DNA of 64,000 nt from Dicyema japonicum. Its lineage: Eukaryota > Animalia > Dicyemida. The notes under the pieces were generated by a model. It ran no database searches. It saw nothing but the letters and a program-made list of their open reading frames with translations, and had not been told where the DNA came from. Below are positions 11,620-24,149 of the stretch, one piece after another (positions within the stretch are counted from its first letter, which is position 1; each line of letters begins with the position of its first letter). Made by a program: the position numbers and the translations under genes. The stretch is from contig RDEW01000036.1 of the NCBI GenBank assembly GCA_011109175.1, positions 473,737-537,736 of the forward strand, read 5' to 3'.

Positions 11620-14600
11620 TTGTCAATTTTGTTCCTTTCCAAAGTAGCATATTTGGGTCGTTAGTCCTTTTTTAATGGTAACGTCCATCAATCCTTTTTC
11701 AAGAGTAAGTCCATATTTGTGTTCTACTCGCATGCTCTCCAAGGTCTTCTTGATTAATTGAGATTGGATGTACGCTCCTATAGGACTCTCCACGTTAAGC
11801 GAAGCATGATGATGTTTATAAAACCTTGATACAATTCCATCCCAGAAAAGCACTATTGGCACAATGTTAACCTTAGTATTATGTATTAGTCTCAATTCGC
11901 CTGAAAGCAGGTCATATTTGTGCAATTTTTCCACTTCGACTTACTTTAGTTTCTGCTGGGAAGTGATGCCAATCTTAAATAAGTGTAATCATGTTCTTCA
12001 GTTTATCGAGAACAAATATATCAGGTTTGTTATGCTCAATATTTGTCTCGGTATTAATTGTGGTGTCCACACGAATTTCAACATTGTCATTGGCAACTAT
12101 TGATTGCATAGAGTGTGTTTTGAACTTATTCGAGTGTTTTATCCCATATAATCGACATCGATGCAGATGAAAACATCTCACTACTTCGTTGTGTCGTCGA
12201 AGATAGTCACTGTTCAGCATTCGACCACACCTTGTATCCAAATGATCACACTTTTTTAGGAGTGCTACAGTGACTACAATTAGAGCCAATACTATCGAAG
12301 AATAAATTACGATCTTGAGTGAGGCACAACATTCCTTCGGATTTGGGTGAATTGTTTCCATGCAAAAGTCAACGGGAAGATTTTTTATATCAACATTGTT
12401 ATCATCAAGACAGTTGAAAAGTATTTCATGCAATGGTCTTGCATGTATTTGTTCCAATAAACAATTTTTCTGTAGTTCTTTCAATGTGTCCATTTTGAGA
12501 ATATCGGATTCTTGAATTTTATATTTTCGGTTGAGGAATTCTATGATTGTGGCCATATGAGTTTTCTTTGATTTGATGGGCTGTAGAATTCCTGCCTTCC
12601 TCAGACAATAGCATGATTTCTTTCCAACATCCTGTAGGAATTGGAGCAGCATGCGTTCACTTTTGTGTTTAATGGAGACTAGACCCTTCCAAGCTGATCT
12701 CTTGGTAAATAAAGTCGTTCTTTGTTTCCGAGTTTAAAGTGAATCCTATGATTTACAAGGATTTTGCGTATATCCTTGTCAATGAGTTCAAATTCAGTTG
12801 GTTCGATGTCAATTAATCTGATGTAATAGTTGTAGAGAGATAAAGCATGCTTATTCATGGCCTTGAACAAGTTCTCAGAATTTAATTTTATCACTGCCAA
12901 GTTGTCAATTCTTTCTTAACTCCATCAAAAATCGTCTTTACAACTTCGTTTTTCAAGACGATGCTATTTTTGTCCTCCAACATACCAAGGTATCGACATC
13001 CCTCCATTCCATCCAGCAGTTTGGCTTGGGAGCTCAACCCAGAAACATTAGTAGCCGATTTTTATGCTTTGGTTCAAGTCCAGCAGCTTCGAAGAACATA
13101 TTAACTTCATTTATCATAAACAACGTTGTATCTCTTTGTGGGAAAATATTTTCAAGTCGACCATGAACAGTAGATGATTTGTGGCGTACACAAGAGATCC
13201 TCGATCATGGCAATCTATAGTCACCTTTGGGTATTTTGCATTCAAAATCCTGCTGAGAGGATCCAACAGAAGTATAAATATTTGTGGTGACAACGAATCA
13301 CTTTGCTAAAATCCCTCGCTTCAATTCAACTTGTTCAATTTATTTTTGATTAAAGTTGAGTCTGATTTTCCATTTGGTTACCAAATTCTTAATGAAACAA
13401 TATGGGAGTCCAGAGTTGTCCAAGACTTTGTATAAAAAGTCATGATTTACAGAATCGAATGCTTTCTTAACATCTATCCATGTCGAAGACAAATTGTTCC
13501 CATTCTTTTTAGCTATACACTGGTTAATGATTGTCTGTTCTTTAGCCACGTGACACATCCTTTTAGTTCCCAGTTGATTTTCACTCACAAGATCGAATGC
13601 TTCAATATAGTCGGACTATTAACGGTTAACACATTTTGTCACTAACTTATATAAGTTAGTCATGCATATAATCGGCCTCAGGTCTTTCGGGGATTGACAT
13701 ATATCTCTCTTCGGGATAAGATATGTAATCCCTGTGTAAAACCACTCATCAGAGGTATGATCACTTATTTTGCCAACCTCTTCACAGAGTTTATCATGGA
13801 TTGAAGTAAATCTTTTAAGAAAGGAGTTGTACACCCCATCACACCCACTGGCTTTCCAATTAGGCAGGAGTTTAATTAATTCAAGGATATCTTCTTTCCT
13901 GCAGTCTACAAATGTGTCTTCTATTCCAGTAACTCTTCTAATCATCGTTTATGTGTTCTCCTTGATATCATGCTCCTTCCAAATATTTTCCCAAAATGCT
14001 AGACATTCACTTTCATTAAAACAGAATATGGCATCCCTGGTTTCTCCATTTAACTTTCGGTAAAAAAGCCTCCGATTGAGTTCGAAACACCAATTTTGTT
14101 TCCTGAATTCTTTCCGGGATTCATGTACTCTGAGTTTTTTTCCACGATATTTATTTCATCCTGAATGCAACTAACTATTCTTCCCAATTCACCCTTCTTC
14201 GACTTTCGATGTCCATATTGGCACAGTGTATCCCTCGTATCGTTATCGAATTTCTTATTTCCCTTCTGTTCGACAAGCACTGAGATTTGCTTGAGCTGTT
14301 TATTCAACTTCAGAAGTCTTCCTTGCATGCACTCAACCCACTGGCTCTTCTTTATCGTAGATTGAGAGAGCATCATATGTTAACTGCCCACATAAATGAT
14401 ATCTGTAATATCATTCAAATTAGCAGGAGGGTAGGAATTGATATATTGCCATATTGGAGAGGTAATCCCCGAGAGAATTCTTTGTTGAGAAGTTGGAAGG
14501 GGACTTTTTGGTAGGCTTCCGTAATACACGAGGAATGGATTTTACTCAATTAATTTGGACATGAAATTCATTTGAACAAACTCTAAAATTAGAGATTTCT

Positions 14601-15030
14601 GTGCTGTATGCATTATTCCCAGGATCAATATTTATAGAGGGCTTGGAGTTTGACGACTTTAACTTGACAAAACTCTTCAAGTTTGCAATCGATTTGGACA
14701 TAACAAACTTCTCATTAAAAGTCCGAGTGATTAACGGCCAGCCACCACGAGGAATTCTCCCGAATCTTGCTTGAGCAGCTCGAACAATTTCAGACGTCCA
14801 TTCAACTCTGTCTTTATAATCCACTTGGTCGATAATAGCATTTAAGAGAGAAGATTTGCACGGTAATCTGGCTGTGACACCAGAGTAGGAGGTAGTCCTT
14901 TTTCTTGAGTCCCATAGAGCCCATGGACCACTTGGTCTACAATACAATTGGCATCTATCAAAATCTTTCGTAGAATAGGTCCGATAAAAATGCTTATTTT
15001 TCAACAGTAGAAACAAGCATGCACGTCACC
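11620..15030 (-). mobile_element. R4/Dong-like non-LTR retrotransposon (RT + RLE endonuclease), near full length, frameshifted
   Basis: PNWKASGCDGV, DLRPIICM, WIDVKKAFDSVNH, RLYLPRDQLGR, CCHC remnant with YLRRHNEV, and NKPDIFV..I..EKLHKYDLL (PD-(D/E)xK RLE), spread over ORFs 11623-15016. Confidence 0.85.
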
Positions 15031-18002
15031 ACAAAAAAATAATAATTAGATTTACAATAAATATAAATTTTTATATGAAAAAAAACTTTAGTTTTAAAAA
15101 CAAAAATTAGAGAACCACCGCCTTAACAGTTTGGATAAATTACAGGCAAATTATGATCTAATTCACCATTGGGTAAATAAAACTCACAAAGAATTTATTT
15201 TGATAATTTTTTTCGAAATTTTTTATCTAAAAATATTAATGATTTTATATAAATAAGTTTACTTTAAATTTTTATTTATGTGTGGTAGTTTTTTGTCTGT
15301 AAAATTAGACCTAAATGGAAATCAAACAAATTTCGCAGAGACTGACAAGCTTGAGGACAGTATAACAGATCTACGGGAGAAAGCCAGCGTTTAATGAGGC
15401 AATTAATGATTAGATCCTCCGTAAAAACTTAGTTCATGAGTTTGATTCCTTTCTTGTCAAACATTTGGACGATTTCGTCAATGAACTGACTAAAGACAGT
15501 TTGCAGCCAACTTTTAAAAGACAATCGTACTATTATATTTAATTTGTAGAAAAAATGCAAAAATTCCAGCCAAAGATTTTATTGCACGTGAGTCTATTAT
15601 TACGTTGTGCTTAGTTTTCACTCTTTAGACGCCTTTTAAGACTTCAGCACTTTGAGACAGTTTTTAATATCTTCATTGGACTGGCTGTTTTGCTTTTTTT
15701 GAATAATCTGTTCTCCAAGGGAAGTTTACGGTTGATGTCTTACTGATTATTAGTTCTCTAAATACAGTTTTCGGGTACTTCACTCACTTAGATTTTGTCC
15801 TCAAAATAGAATTCGTCATGGTCTTCTTCAGTCTCATCTTCACCTACATTCTATCACGACTGTGGACCTTGGTTAGACCCAGTACACATAAATGTACTCA
15901 TGTATATCATATTAGTCGCTAAATTGGACTATTTCTTCCTTGTGGTGTATTCTCTGTACTATCTGTGTTTCTGGATGATTCCTCCGTGGGTGATTTTCAG
16001 AATAAACCCTTCATTATGCTCCAGAACTGTTATTTTGTGCGAACAAGTCAGAATGATGATGAAAATGCACTCATTTGTTCGCCATGTGATTTCACATGTC
16101 TTTAAAATCGATCAAAGCACCAATTCATCTACAACGGAAGGGAAATTTCCATCATTTTCTAGTTATTGCTATTTCTTTCTCGCACCATGTTTGCTGTACA
16201 GACAGAAGTATCCTCGGTTCACTGAATAGCTGAATCTTTAGATCTCCCAACCTTAGAGTAAACTGGTTGAGGGTTCTACATTATTTGGCACAATTTATAT
16301 GCTGTGTGTTTATATTTCAAACCATATTTTCTCAGTATGTACTCGTCTACTTGCAGCAGTTCAGAGATGATGTTAAGAGTCTTGAAAACCTGTGTATTAT
16401 GTTTCTTCGAGTGACACTACCTTCCATTCTTATTGTCTTTGTGGGTTTACTGTGTTTTTACTTTAGTATTCTACAGCTTCCAGCATTGTTGGTTAAACAT
16501 GTTTGCTGAACTACTGCTATTTGGTGATCGTTACTTCTACAAGGTTATGGTCTGTTTATTTTAGGAATGGTGGAGATCTGTTCATTTTGCAGAGTTTTTT
16601 AGGTCTTGGAACCTCGTTGTGCATGACTGGTTGCATTGTCACGTGTATAGAGATATTTGTTTGGTTATTATTGAATTTATTGAAAGGTGATGGGGATTCA
16701 GTTTAAAGTATTTGGAAAGATTTGTGTGTTTGTGGTATCTGCGGTTGTTCATGATTACATTGTTTATGTGGCTTTGGGGTTTTATTCCCCTATTTTGCTG
16801 TTTCTGTTCTTGGGATTGGGGAGTTTGTGGTGCTGTTATTTGTAGCTTTAATGAGCTTCCTTCCGAAAGTAGACATGTTTGCCCAGTTTGCCAATGTAAT
16901 GTTTATTCTGTCGATGTCTTTGGGGTTCTCTTTATTCTTTATATTTTACACATTTGAGTTTAACACGAGACAGAACTGTGTGCCTATTAATGTAATGGTT
17001 GCTTGTATTTTAGTTATCTTTTTGGAAGTCTCTGTTGCCTAGTATTTTTCTATGTAATATCAGCGTATAGGATTTACTAAATTTAATACTTTTAATATTA
17101 TTTTCCTAATTTAGTGAAAAATTTTACGTTTTACAAGTTCCATAGTTGCCAAATATAGGTTAATAAATTATCATTGATTTATCTAGTAACAGGCATTATT
17201 TAGATTAAGACTTACCAGTGAGATAAAAAAGGAAAGCAGTTTCAGAAATTTAAATACATTTACCAAAAAAATTAAAATTTTTTTGCTATTTTTCATTAAT
17301 TTTACTTAATGAAAATGTCACCGTGGAAATCCACATTGTCATCATCCCCTGTCATGCAAGCTGAGTGTGTCTCCTCGGCATGCCTCTCTCAACGTGATGT
17401 TAAAAAGTGAACATCCTCTGCTGGTCATCACTGCTTTTTAGAGCCCGCTGGTCTCTCCCATAGTGATGGCAGATACCTCGGCAGGATTACAAATTTCCCA
17501 TTTGCTAATGATCGATATTAGGTTTGAGATGATATGCGTGTTGACACGTACTTTCCTAAAAAAATTGTCTCTAGCCTCGGACCTATTCCATGCTTCTGAC
17601 CCGAAGATCAAAAGAAAGAAGTAGTGAATTATTACGGAGGATTATTTGTTTGTCTCTTTTGCTGTTGAGACGTCAGGACACAAAAGGACAGCCTAGATCA
17701 ACTCAATGATCCAAAGGGTTATAGAGGATCTACGTGAGACTGTATAGCTTCGAAAGATAGCATCTAGTCATCATTGGCCCTTTTAAACCGTCTAGATTAA
17801 AATTAATTTTGTTGTTTTTGTTAAAAAAAAGATCAAGAATTAAATTTTATTTATTGGAGGTGTATTTTTTTGTAAACAAAATAAGGCAATATTGCTATTT
17901 TGTGAATTATCTGCGTGTTTTCATTATGTGTTAATTAATAAGCATAAATATAATAAAATTTATAAATCATTAAGAATAGTAAATTTATTTTCAATGAGGT
18001 AA

Positions 18003-20316
18003 TTACAATTCACTTTTAGTTTTTATAAATTTACGTGAGTTAATAGAATTAGCTCCGTTTCCACGAACACTTTCAATACTGTTGTCCAATTCGAATGAAG
18101 TCAGTCTGATTGTAGTGCATTTTGTTTGATTGTTCTTAAAATTAACAACTTTCTTCATTCCAGGTTTTTTGATAAGAAATACAAAAGTGGTAATCATAAT
18201 TACAACTGCCACCACACAAAAGTGCAATTCCCCATGGTGTTACAATAAAGGAACTAAACACATGACTGTATTCCCCAACTACTGATTTTTTTGGAATACA
18301 AAATTGTGACGAATTGCTTTCGCATCTCACCATTACTTTGTATATTGAGATTTTGGTGGTAGAACATAACATACCAACATCACATGCGGTGACCCACAAT
18401 TCTGACAATGTAGGTAAGTCTCCGAAATGAGACTTATTGTATGTGATAAGTCCATTTGTGTTTATTTTGAATGTTTTGGAATACATTTTGTTGGTTATTC
18501 TGTATTTAATTTGATTGTACTGTCCAGAATCCTTGTCTATAGCTGTTATTTTGCCAACTGTCGAATTTAGATAATTTATTTCGAATTTATACAATTTATC
18601 AAAAATAGGTCTCTCATCATTACTATCCATTACTTTTAGAAGTAATAAAGCTGATCCGGTTAACGGTGGATTCCAATTGTCATTAGCGTATAACTCAACA
18701 GCATAGGAAGTGACGGATTCATAATCAAACATAATTTTACTATAAATTTCCCCACTTTGAACTCCAATGGCTAGTATATCTGTTCTGTTAAGGGAGTAGG
18801 TAATTGTATTGTTAGGATCGGCGTCTTTAGCTCGGACTGTTAAGATGTATTGCCCAATGACGTTATTTTCTATTATATTTGCTGAATATACAGCACGGTC
18901 GAATCGTGGAGTATTGTCGTTAACATTAATTATTTTATTGATATTGATTTCTGAGATTGTGTATTCTTGTGGGTGCATGTTATGTGAGTACTGACTTGCT
19001 GAGTTTGTTCGTAATCAAAGACTTGATTACTCAGAATAATAAATTGCTTTGCTTTGGAAATAAAAATCAACTGAAAATATGAATTGTCCAATTTACAATT
19101 TGCAAAGCCATGACTTTTAGAATTTGGGGGAAATACAGCCACTTCGGCCACTTCTTGTCCATGTTCTTGGTTTTCCACAATGTGACTAATGATCTGTCGA
19201 ATAATTATTATTAAAGAATCAGCAGGTCTGGGAATATCCAAATGAATAAACACGTGTGTACTACTTTTCATTTCAGCTGACTTTTTGACGTTTTCCGCAA
19301 TTACCTTTAGTTCATACACAATTAAAGGGTCTTGAGTGATCTTATCTGATTTCAGTAAAAACAAATATCCTTTGTCCTATAAAATACAGAACAGAAATTG
19401 TACTTGAATTTCAAAGTGATCAGCGTAATACCAAGGAATATCCTCATCAATTTTGTATCGAATTTCAGCATTCTCGTTCACATCAAAATCGTGAGCCTCC
19501 ACCGTTCCAACATATATTTTTCCATTGATAGGACACTCCAGAAAACTTTGTCGACTTATTATAAATGAATAATTATTTGTTGGAAAGACAGGTTTGTTGT
19601 CGTTTTCATCTAACACTTTGATTATTAGTTCAGTCGACCCCTTCAGTGGTGGTTCACCTTTATCCACAGCCGTCAAAGTCAAACATATTTTGGCCACCTA
19701 AATGTTTGAGAGATCCATACCTGTTCTCTGTCGATTGGATTTAAACTCACAAGAAATGGTTTGTTATGGTCTCCAGTCTTTAATCTGAAATATTCATTTT
19801 CACTGAGGACATAATGATTCACTCCGAACTGTGAATCCTCATCAATTGCTGACGGAATTGGGTGAATTGACCCTGAAGGATTGTTTTCCAACACCTTCGA
19901 TTATTTCATATCAAACAAACTTCTATTTTATACGATTTCTGTTCAAAATAGGGAGAGTTGTCGTTTATGTCGACTACAACCAGCTTTGTTTCATAAATAG
20001 AATTGGTATTAGGTTGATTTTCATGGAATACATAGATTTGCATGTCCAGAATACAGTCGACGACACGTGGACATATTTCTTCACGATCAAAGTTCTTAAT
20101 AGTCTTTATTAGTCCACTCTCTTCGTCGATTTGAATCATGTCCCCAAATACTTTTTCGTTTATTGGGTTGGTTAAAATAACGGCATAATTATTTCCTAAA
20201 TTAATGGGAACCCCAAAGTCCCTGTGGATTTGTCCAATAACAAGTCCAGGACCACTTTCTTCAATAATTTCAAACTTGTGTAAAATCACAATATTAGCCA
20301 GTAATAAACAAAGCAT
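18003..20316 (-). CDS. Protocadherin-like protein (signal peptide, 6 cadherin repeats, TM, short cytoplasmic tail)
   Basis: EC1 has DREEIC..C. Linkers DINDNSP, DENDNKP, NVNDNTP and DSNDERP are present, as are DYE/DRE and AxDxD motifs. Introns 19895-19920 (26 nt), 19698-19720 (23) and 19377-19403 (27) join the ORFs cleanly. Two residual indels: a missing A at ~18933 and a missing TG at ~18213, which restores the TM GIALLCVVAVVIMITTFVFLI. Confidence 0.9.
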
Positions 20317-20949
20317 GAATTAATGATAAAACGAGAATTTAGTTAATAAGTATTTGTGTATCGGCATATCAGCTGCCTCAAATTAATAGCCTGCTGAAAT
20401 CCCAGCTGGAAATTACAGCATAATCTTACTTATATTTAAGTGAAGTGTGATTGAATTATGGCAATCCTCCTCTCAACAGCACTTGTATTCAAACTGTTAT
20501 TATTTTACAAATGTTACATTTGGGATTATTAAAGGAATATAATTGACAAAAATGGGATCATGTCAATCAATAATACATTACGATAATTTGGGAGTACCGA
20601 ACTGTATTTATTCCTCTGAGAGTTATAATTGGTGTAATCAATATTATTTCTACCATTAATTCAAGACAATGTGAAATGTTGCTGTGACAAGTACTCTTAG
20701 AAAAAATATGGTCTACAATTGAATTATTATTCAATTTTTGTTAAGCCCAGCACAAACAGTCATAATTAATCAATCAAGGGACCAAATTCATTTTCAATAG
20801 TACGCTACAGGCTTCCGTTTCCGAAAATAAGTGGAACAGTAGGTCTGCCCTCTTTCATTTTTGTTGCACGTAGTACCGTCCCGGACATCACTTCATTCAT
20901 CTGCGGAATAGTTTTCATAATGTAATCTTTTTTATGGGGAAAGACCTGG

Positions 20950-23380
20950 CAACCTACCCTGTATTTAAATGCCAAGAAAAATATTATGAGCAAACTCTCC
21001 TACGATCTAATTGGATGCAACGTTACTGCAAAACATCAAATCTCGAGTCTTCGTCACACAGAATCTCAAAATTTCGCAACATGGAACGAAAGAGGCTTAA
21101 ACGAAGGGAAACTAGAAGTCGTAAAAAGAGAAATATGAAGGCTTGACCTGCTTGGAGTAAGCGAACTTCATTGGATTGACAGTGGTTTTTTTCGTTCTGA
21201 TGATTTCATCATATATTATTCTGGTAACATTAATGCAAGAGAAACGGAGTGGCCTTCATTGCTTCAAAGAAAATTGCACCTGCTATTGAAAGTCATAGAA
21301 TATTTAATGATCGGATAATACTAATCCACGTCCGTGGACGACCATTGAATATTACGGTCATGCAAGTGTATGCCCCAACATCTATTGCCAAGGATGACGA
21401 AATTGACCAATTTTATTATGAATTTCAAGCAGCACTAATACCCAAAAAGGACATAATCTACATAATAGGGGATTTCAATTCAAAGGCTGGGTGTATGCCA
21501 CATACGGATATTGTGGGAAGTTTTGGTTTGGGAAAAAAGAAATGATGCTGGGGATCGACTGGTCCAATTCTGTCAGGAAAATGGATTTCAGATAACTAGC
21601 ACATGGTTCAAACAGCACAAACGACGATTATACACTTGGACGTCGCCAAATGGAATGTCTAGGAACCAGATTGATTATATTTTGTGCGCCAAACGTTGGA
21701 AAAGCTCTATAACAGCCGTCAAAACATATCCAGTGGCAGACTGTGGAACAGACCATCAGCTACTTGTTCAAAAATTAGGACGAAATTTAGTAACACTTGG
21801 AATACCCCCGAGTAAAAAAATTCGATGTCTCAAACATACCACCAGAATACGCAATGGAAGTTAAGCACAATATTGGATTACTGGATTTGAACGGAAGGAT
21901 GCCTGATGAATTATGGAATGATATGCAGTTGGTTATCAGGAAAACGCCGGCCAAGTGCTCTGAGTGGCTCTCTGCCAACACCCTAAACATTGCTGAGGCT
22001 CGTAAAGCTGCTAAAGTCTCTGGGAATATAGACGAGATAAGAAAACATAACTCTGAATTCAAAAAGGCAGCCAAAAAGGATTAAGAAGACTAAAAAAGTG
22101 GATAGCAAGGACTTTTCAAACTATCGTACAATAGCCTTAATTCCCCACGTCAGAAAAATACTTCTAAAGATAATACAACATCGTCTAATGCCAAATGCCG
22201 AAATGATTCTACCGGATGTCCAAGCAGGATTCAGGAAGGGACGAGGCACACGTGATCATATAGCTAATGTCCTGGTGGATTATGGAGAAAGCCCATGAAT
22301 CTTAAAAGAGTGTATACATGTGCTTCATTGACTATCGGAAAGCTTTTGATTCCGTTATACATGACAAGCTGTGGTCCGTTTTAAAAGAATTTGGATTCGA
22401 TGTTCATCTGATATTGCTTATCAAATCTCTTTTAAGGATTAAGAAGTTATTGTTAGAACAGTGAATGGAAATACCGATTGGTTCAAAATTTGTAAAGGAG
22501 TAAGACAAGGTATCTATTCAATATTTATGCCGAAATGATCATGACTAAATTGGATACTGTATCAAATAACAGGATTAAAATTGGAGGCAGGAACATCAAT
22601 AATTTGCGCTATGCTGACGATACAACCTTACTGGCTGAAACAGAGGATGGCCTCAGGGAGTTGATTCTAAATTCAGAGAAAAGAGCGCCGTCTTTGGTTT
22701 ATTACTAAATATCAAGAAGACCAAAATTATGACGACTGCTAATAATGAAACTAAAAATTGGTAATGAGAAAATAGATAGTTGCGATAATGTTGTCTTTCT
22801 GAGATGTCTAATTAATCGGAATGGTGACGGAGGCTTGGAAATCAAGAGGCGTATTGCCATGGGACGAGACACCTTCCAGAGAATGAATAGAATTTGGAAA
22901 AGCAAAGATATTTACTTAAGGACCAAATGCAGACTAGTTAATGCAATCGTGTTCCCGGTTTTTCTATACGGCGCAGAATCATGGATACTGAAAAAGGCGG
23001 ATAGACAAAAATTGATGCTTTTGAGCTGTGGTGCTGAGGAAGTTACTAAGAATCCTTGGACTTCCAAAATAACAAACATCGATGTACTCAAACGGGTAGA
23101 GATTGACATTTCGTAGAAGGAAAAATCGTAAAACCAGATCGGCGTTCTTTGGGCATGTTGTCCGCTCTGATTCACTGGAAAGAACCATTATGCTGAGCAT
23201 ATTACTGGGAAGAGAGACCTGGCCGACCAAAGACTCGGTGGCTATCCACGGTGGAAGACGTCGCGGGAATGCCTATATCAAGGCTACTCCAAATTGTAAC
23301 GGATCGAGGAGAGTGGAGGAAACTCGTTCATGAGATCTCCAAAAATCGGACAAGACTTAATTTGACAACATAACATAATC
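20950..23380 (+). mobile_element. RTE-1/BovB-like LINE, internally deleted and frameshifted
   Basis: APE motifs QVYAPT, IIGDFNSK, YTWTSP, NQIDYIL, DCGTDH. RT motifs NYRTIALI, QAGFRKGRGTRDHI, LRYADDT. C-terminal FFGHVVR. Short (ACATA)n-type tail. Confidence 0.9.
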
Positions 23381-23502
23381 TTTACCAGAGTATTTGGTCA
23401 GGGAGATAGTAGGAAGATTTCTTTCGACTACTATGTCATGCCAGAAGAACTCGTCGCCTCATTGGTAAGATCTGTTTGATAAGAATTGAACTTCCATGAA
23501 AC

Positions 23503-23570
23503 TCCATCTTTCGGATTCGAACCCACGATTTTCAGATCCGATGTCAAACGTTACGTTCAGCCAGAAGGCC
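23503..23570 (-). tRNA. tRNA-Arg(TCG)-like pseudogene
   Basis: Minus strand GGCC...CGTTTGACATCGGATCTGAAAATCGTGGGTTCGAATCC resembles the anticodon arm and B-box of eukaryotic tRNA-Arg(TCG). The D-arm is shortened. Confidence 0.5.
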
Positions 23571-23696
23571 CAACAATTTAAACAAATACAAGAACAGATA
23601 TAAAACTTCAATTTGCTGACCATGTATATTCAATGAAAGTAGTATTAACAAAATTTATATTATTGTTAACAGAACGTTGATAATTAATAATCAAAT

Positions 23697-23748
23697 AATA
23701 AAGAAGTGGCCTATGCGAGGTGTTCAGCGCATAGGCCACTTCTTTATT
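23697..23748. repeat. Perfect 21-bp inverted repeat with 10-nt loop
   Basis: AATAAAGAAGTGGCCTATGCG-aggtgttcag-CGCATAGGCCACTTCTTTATT. Confidence 0.95.
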
Positions 23749-24149
23749 TTTTATTAAGCTTAGATATTATTGAATTTAGACGAAAACTTTTGGGACACAT
23801 ATTACGCTTCGCAGAGCAACCTCTGCCTACAGGGGTATAGAGGACTATTTCATGTCGGATGGCATGAAATACTGCGGTCAATCGCGTGTAACTTTGCCAT
23901 CTGTCTTTGACAACGATTTAAAGCCCAATAAACGACAACTGAAAACGGATGTCCTGAGAAGCATCACCTAGAACAAATAGGAGTCGGAAGAGGCTGGTGA
24001 AGAGGGTAATTATGTTTCCGCATGTGTGGAAATATTACTTTTTATGTTTATACTTAATGTTACATTTAATAATAAATTCTTTATTCCTACAAGTTTCTCC
24101 AATTTTTCCTGCCACATAAAACATAATTATTAGACAAAGGAAACAAATC

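Noticed and set aside
14800-15030. HDV-like ribozyme in the 5' region of the R4-like element
   Set aside because: I could not assemble a consistent P1/P2/P3 set by eye.
15900-17042. Hydrophobic plus-strand ORFs resembling membrane proteins
   Set aside because: They are antisense shadows of an A/C-rich minus strand, probably a decayed LINE ORF1, with no conserved motifs.
18925-18940. AAA-TAA at the protocadherin frame break, resembling Euplotes-type programmed frameshifting
   Set aside because: One extra A in the A-run restores SISIKIINVNDN. Similar run-associated deletions occur in the lectin, the TM region and the young RTE without a stop-codon context, which points to homopolymer assembly error.
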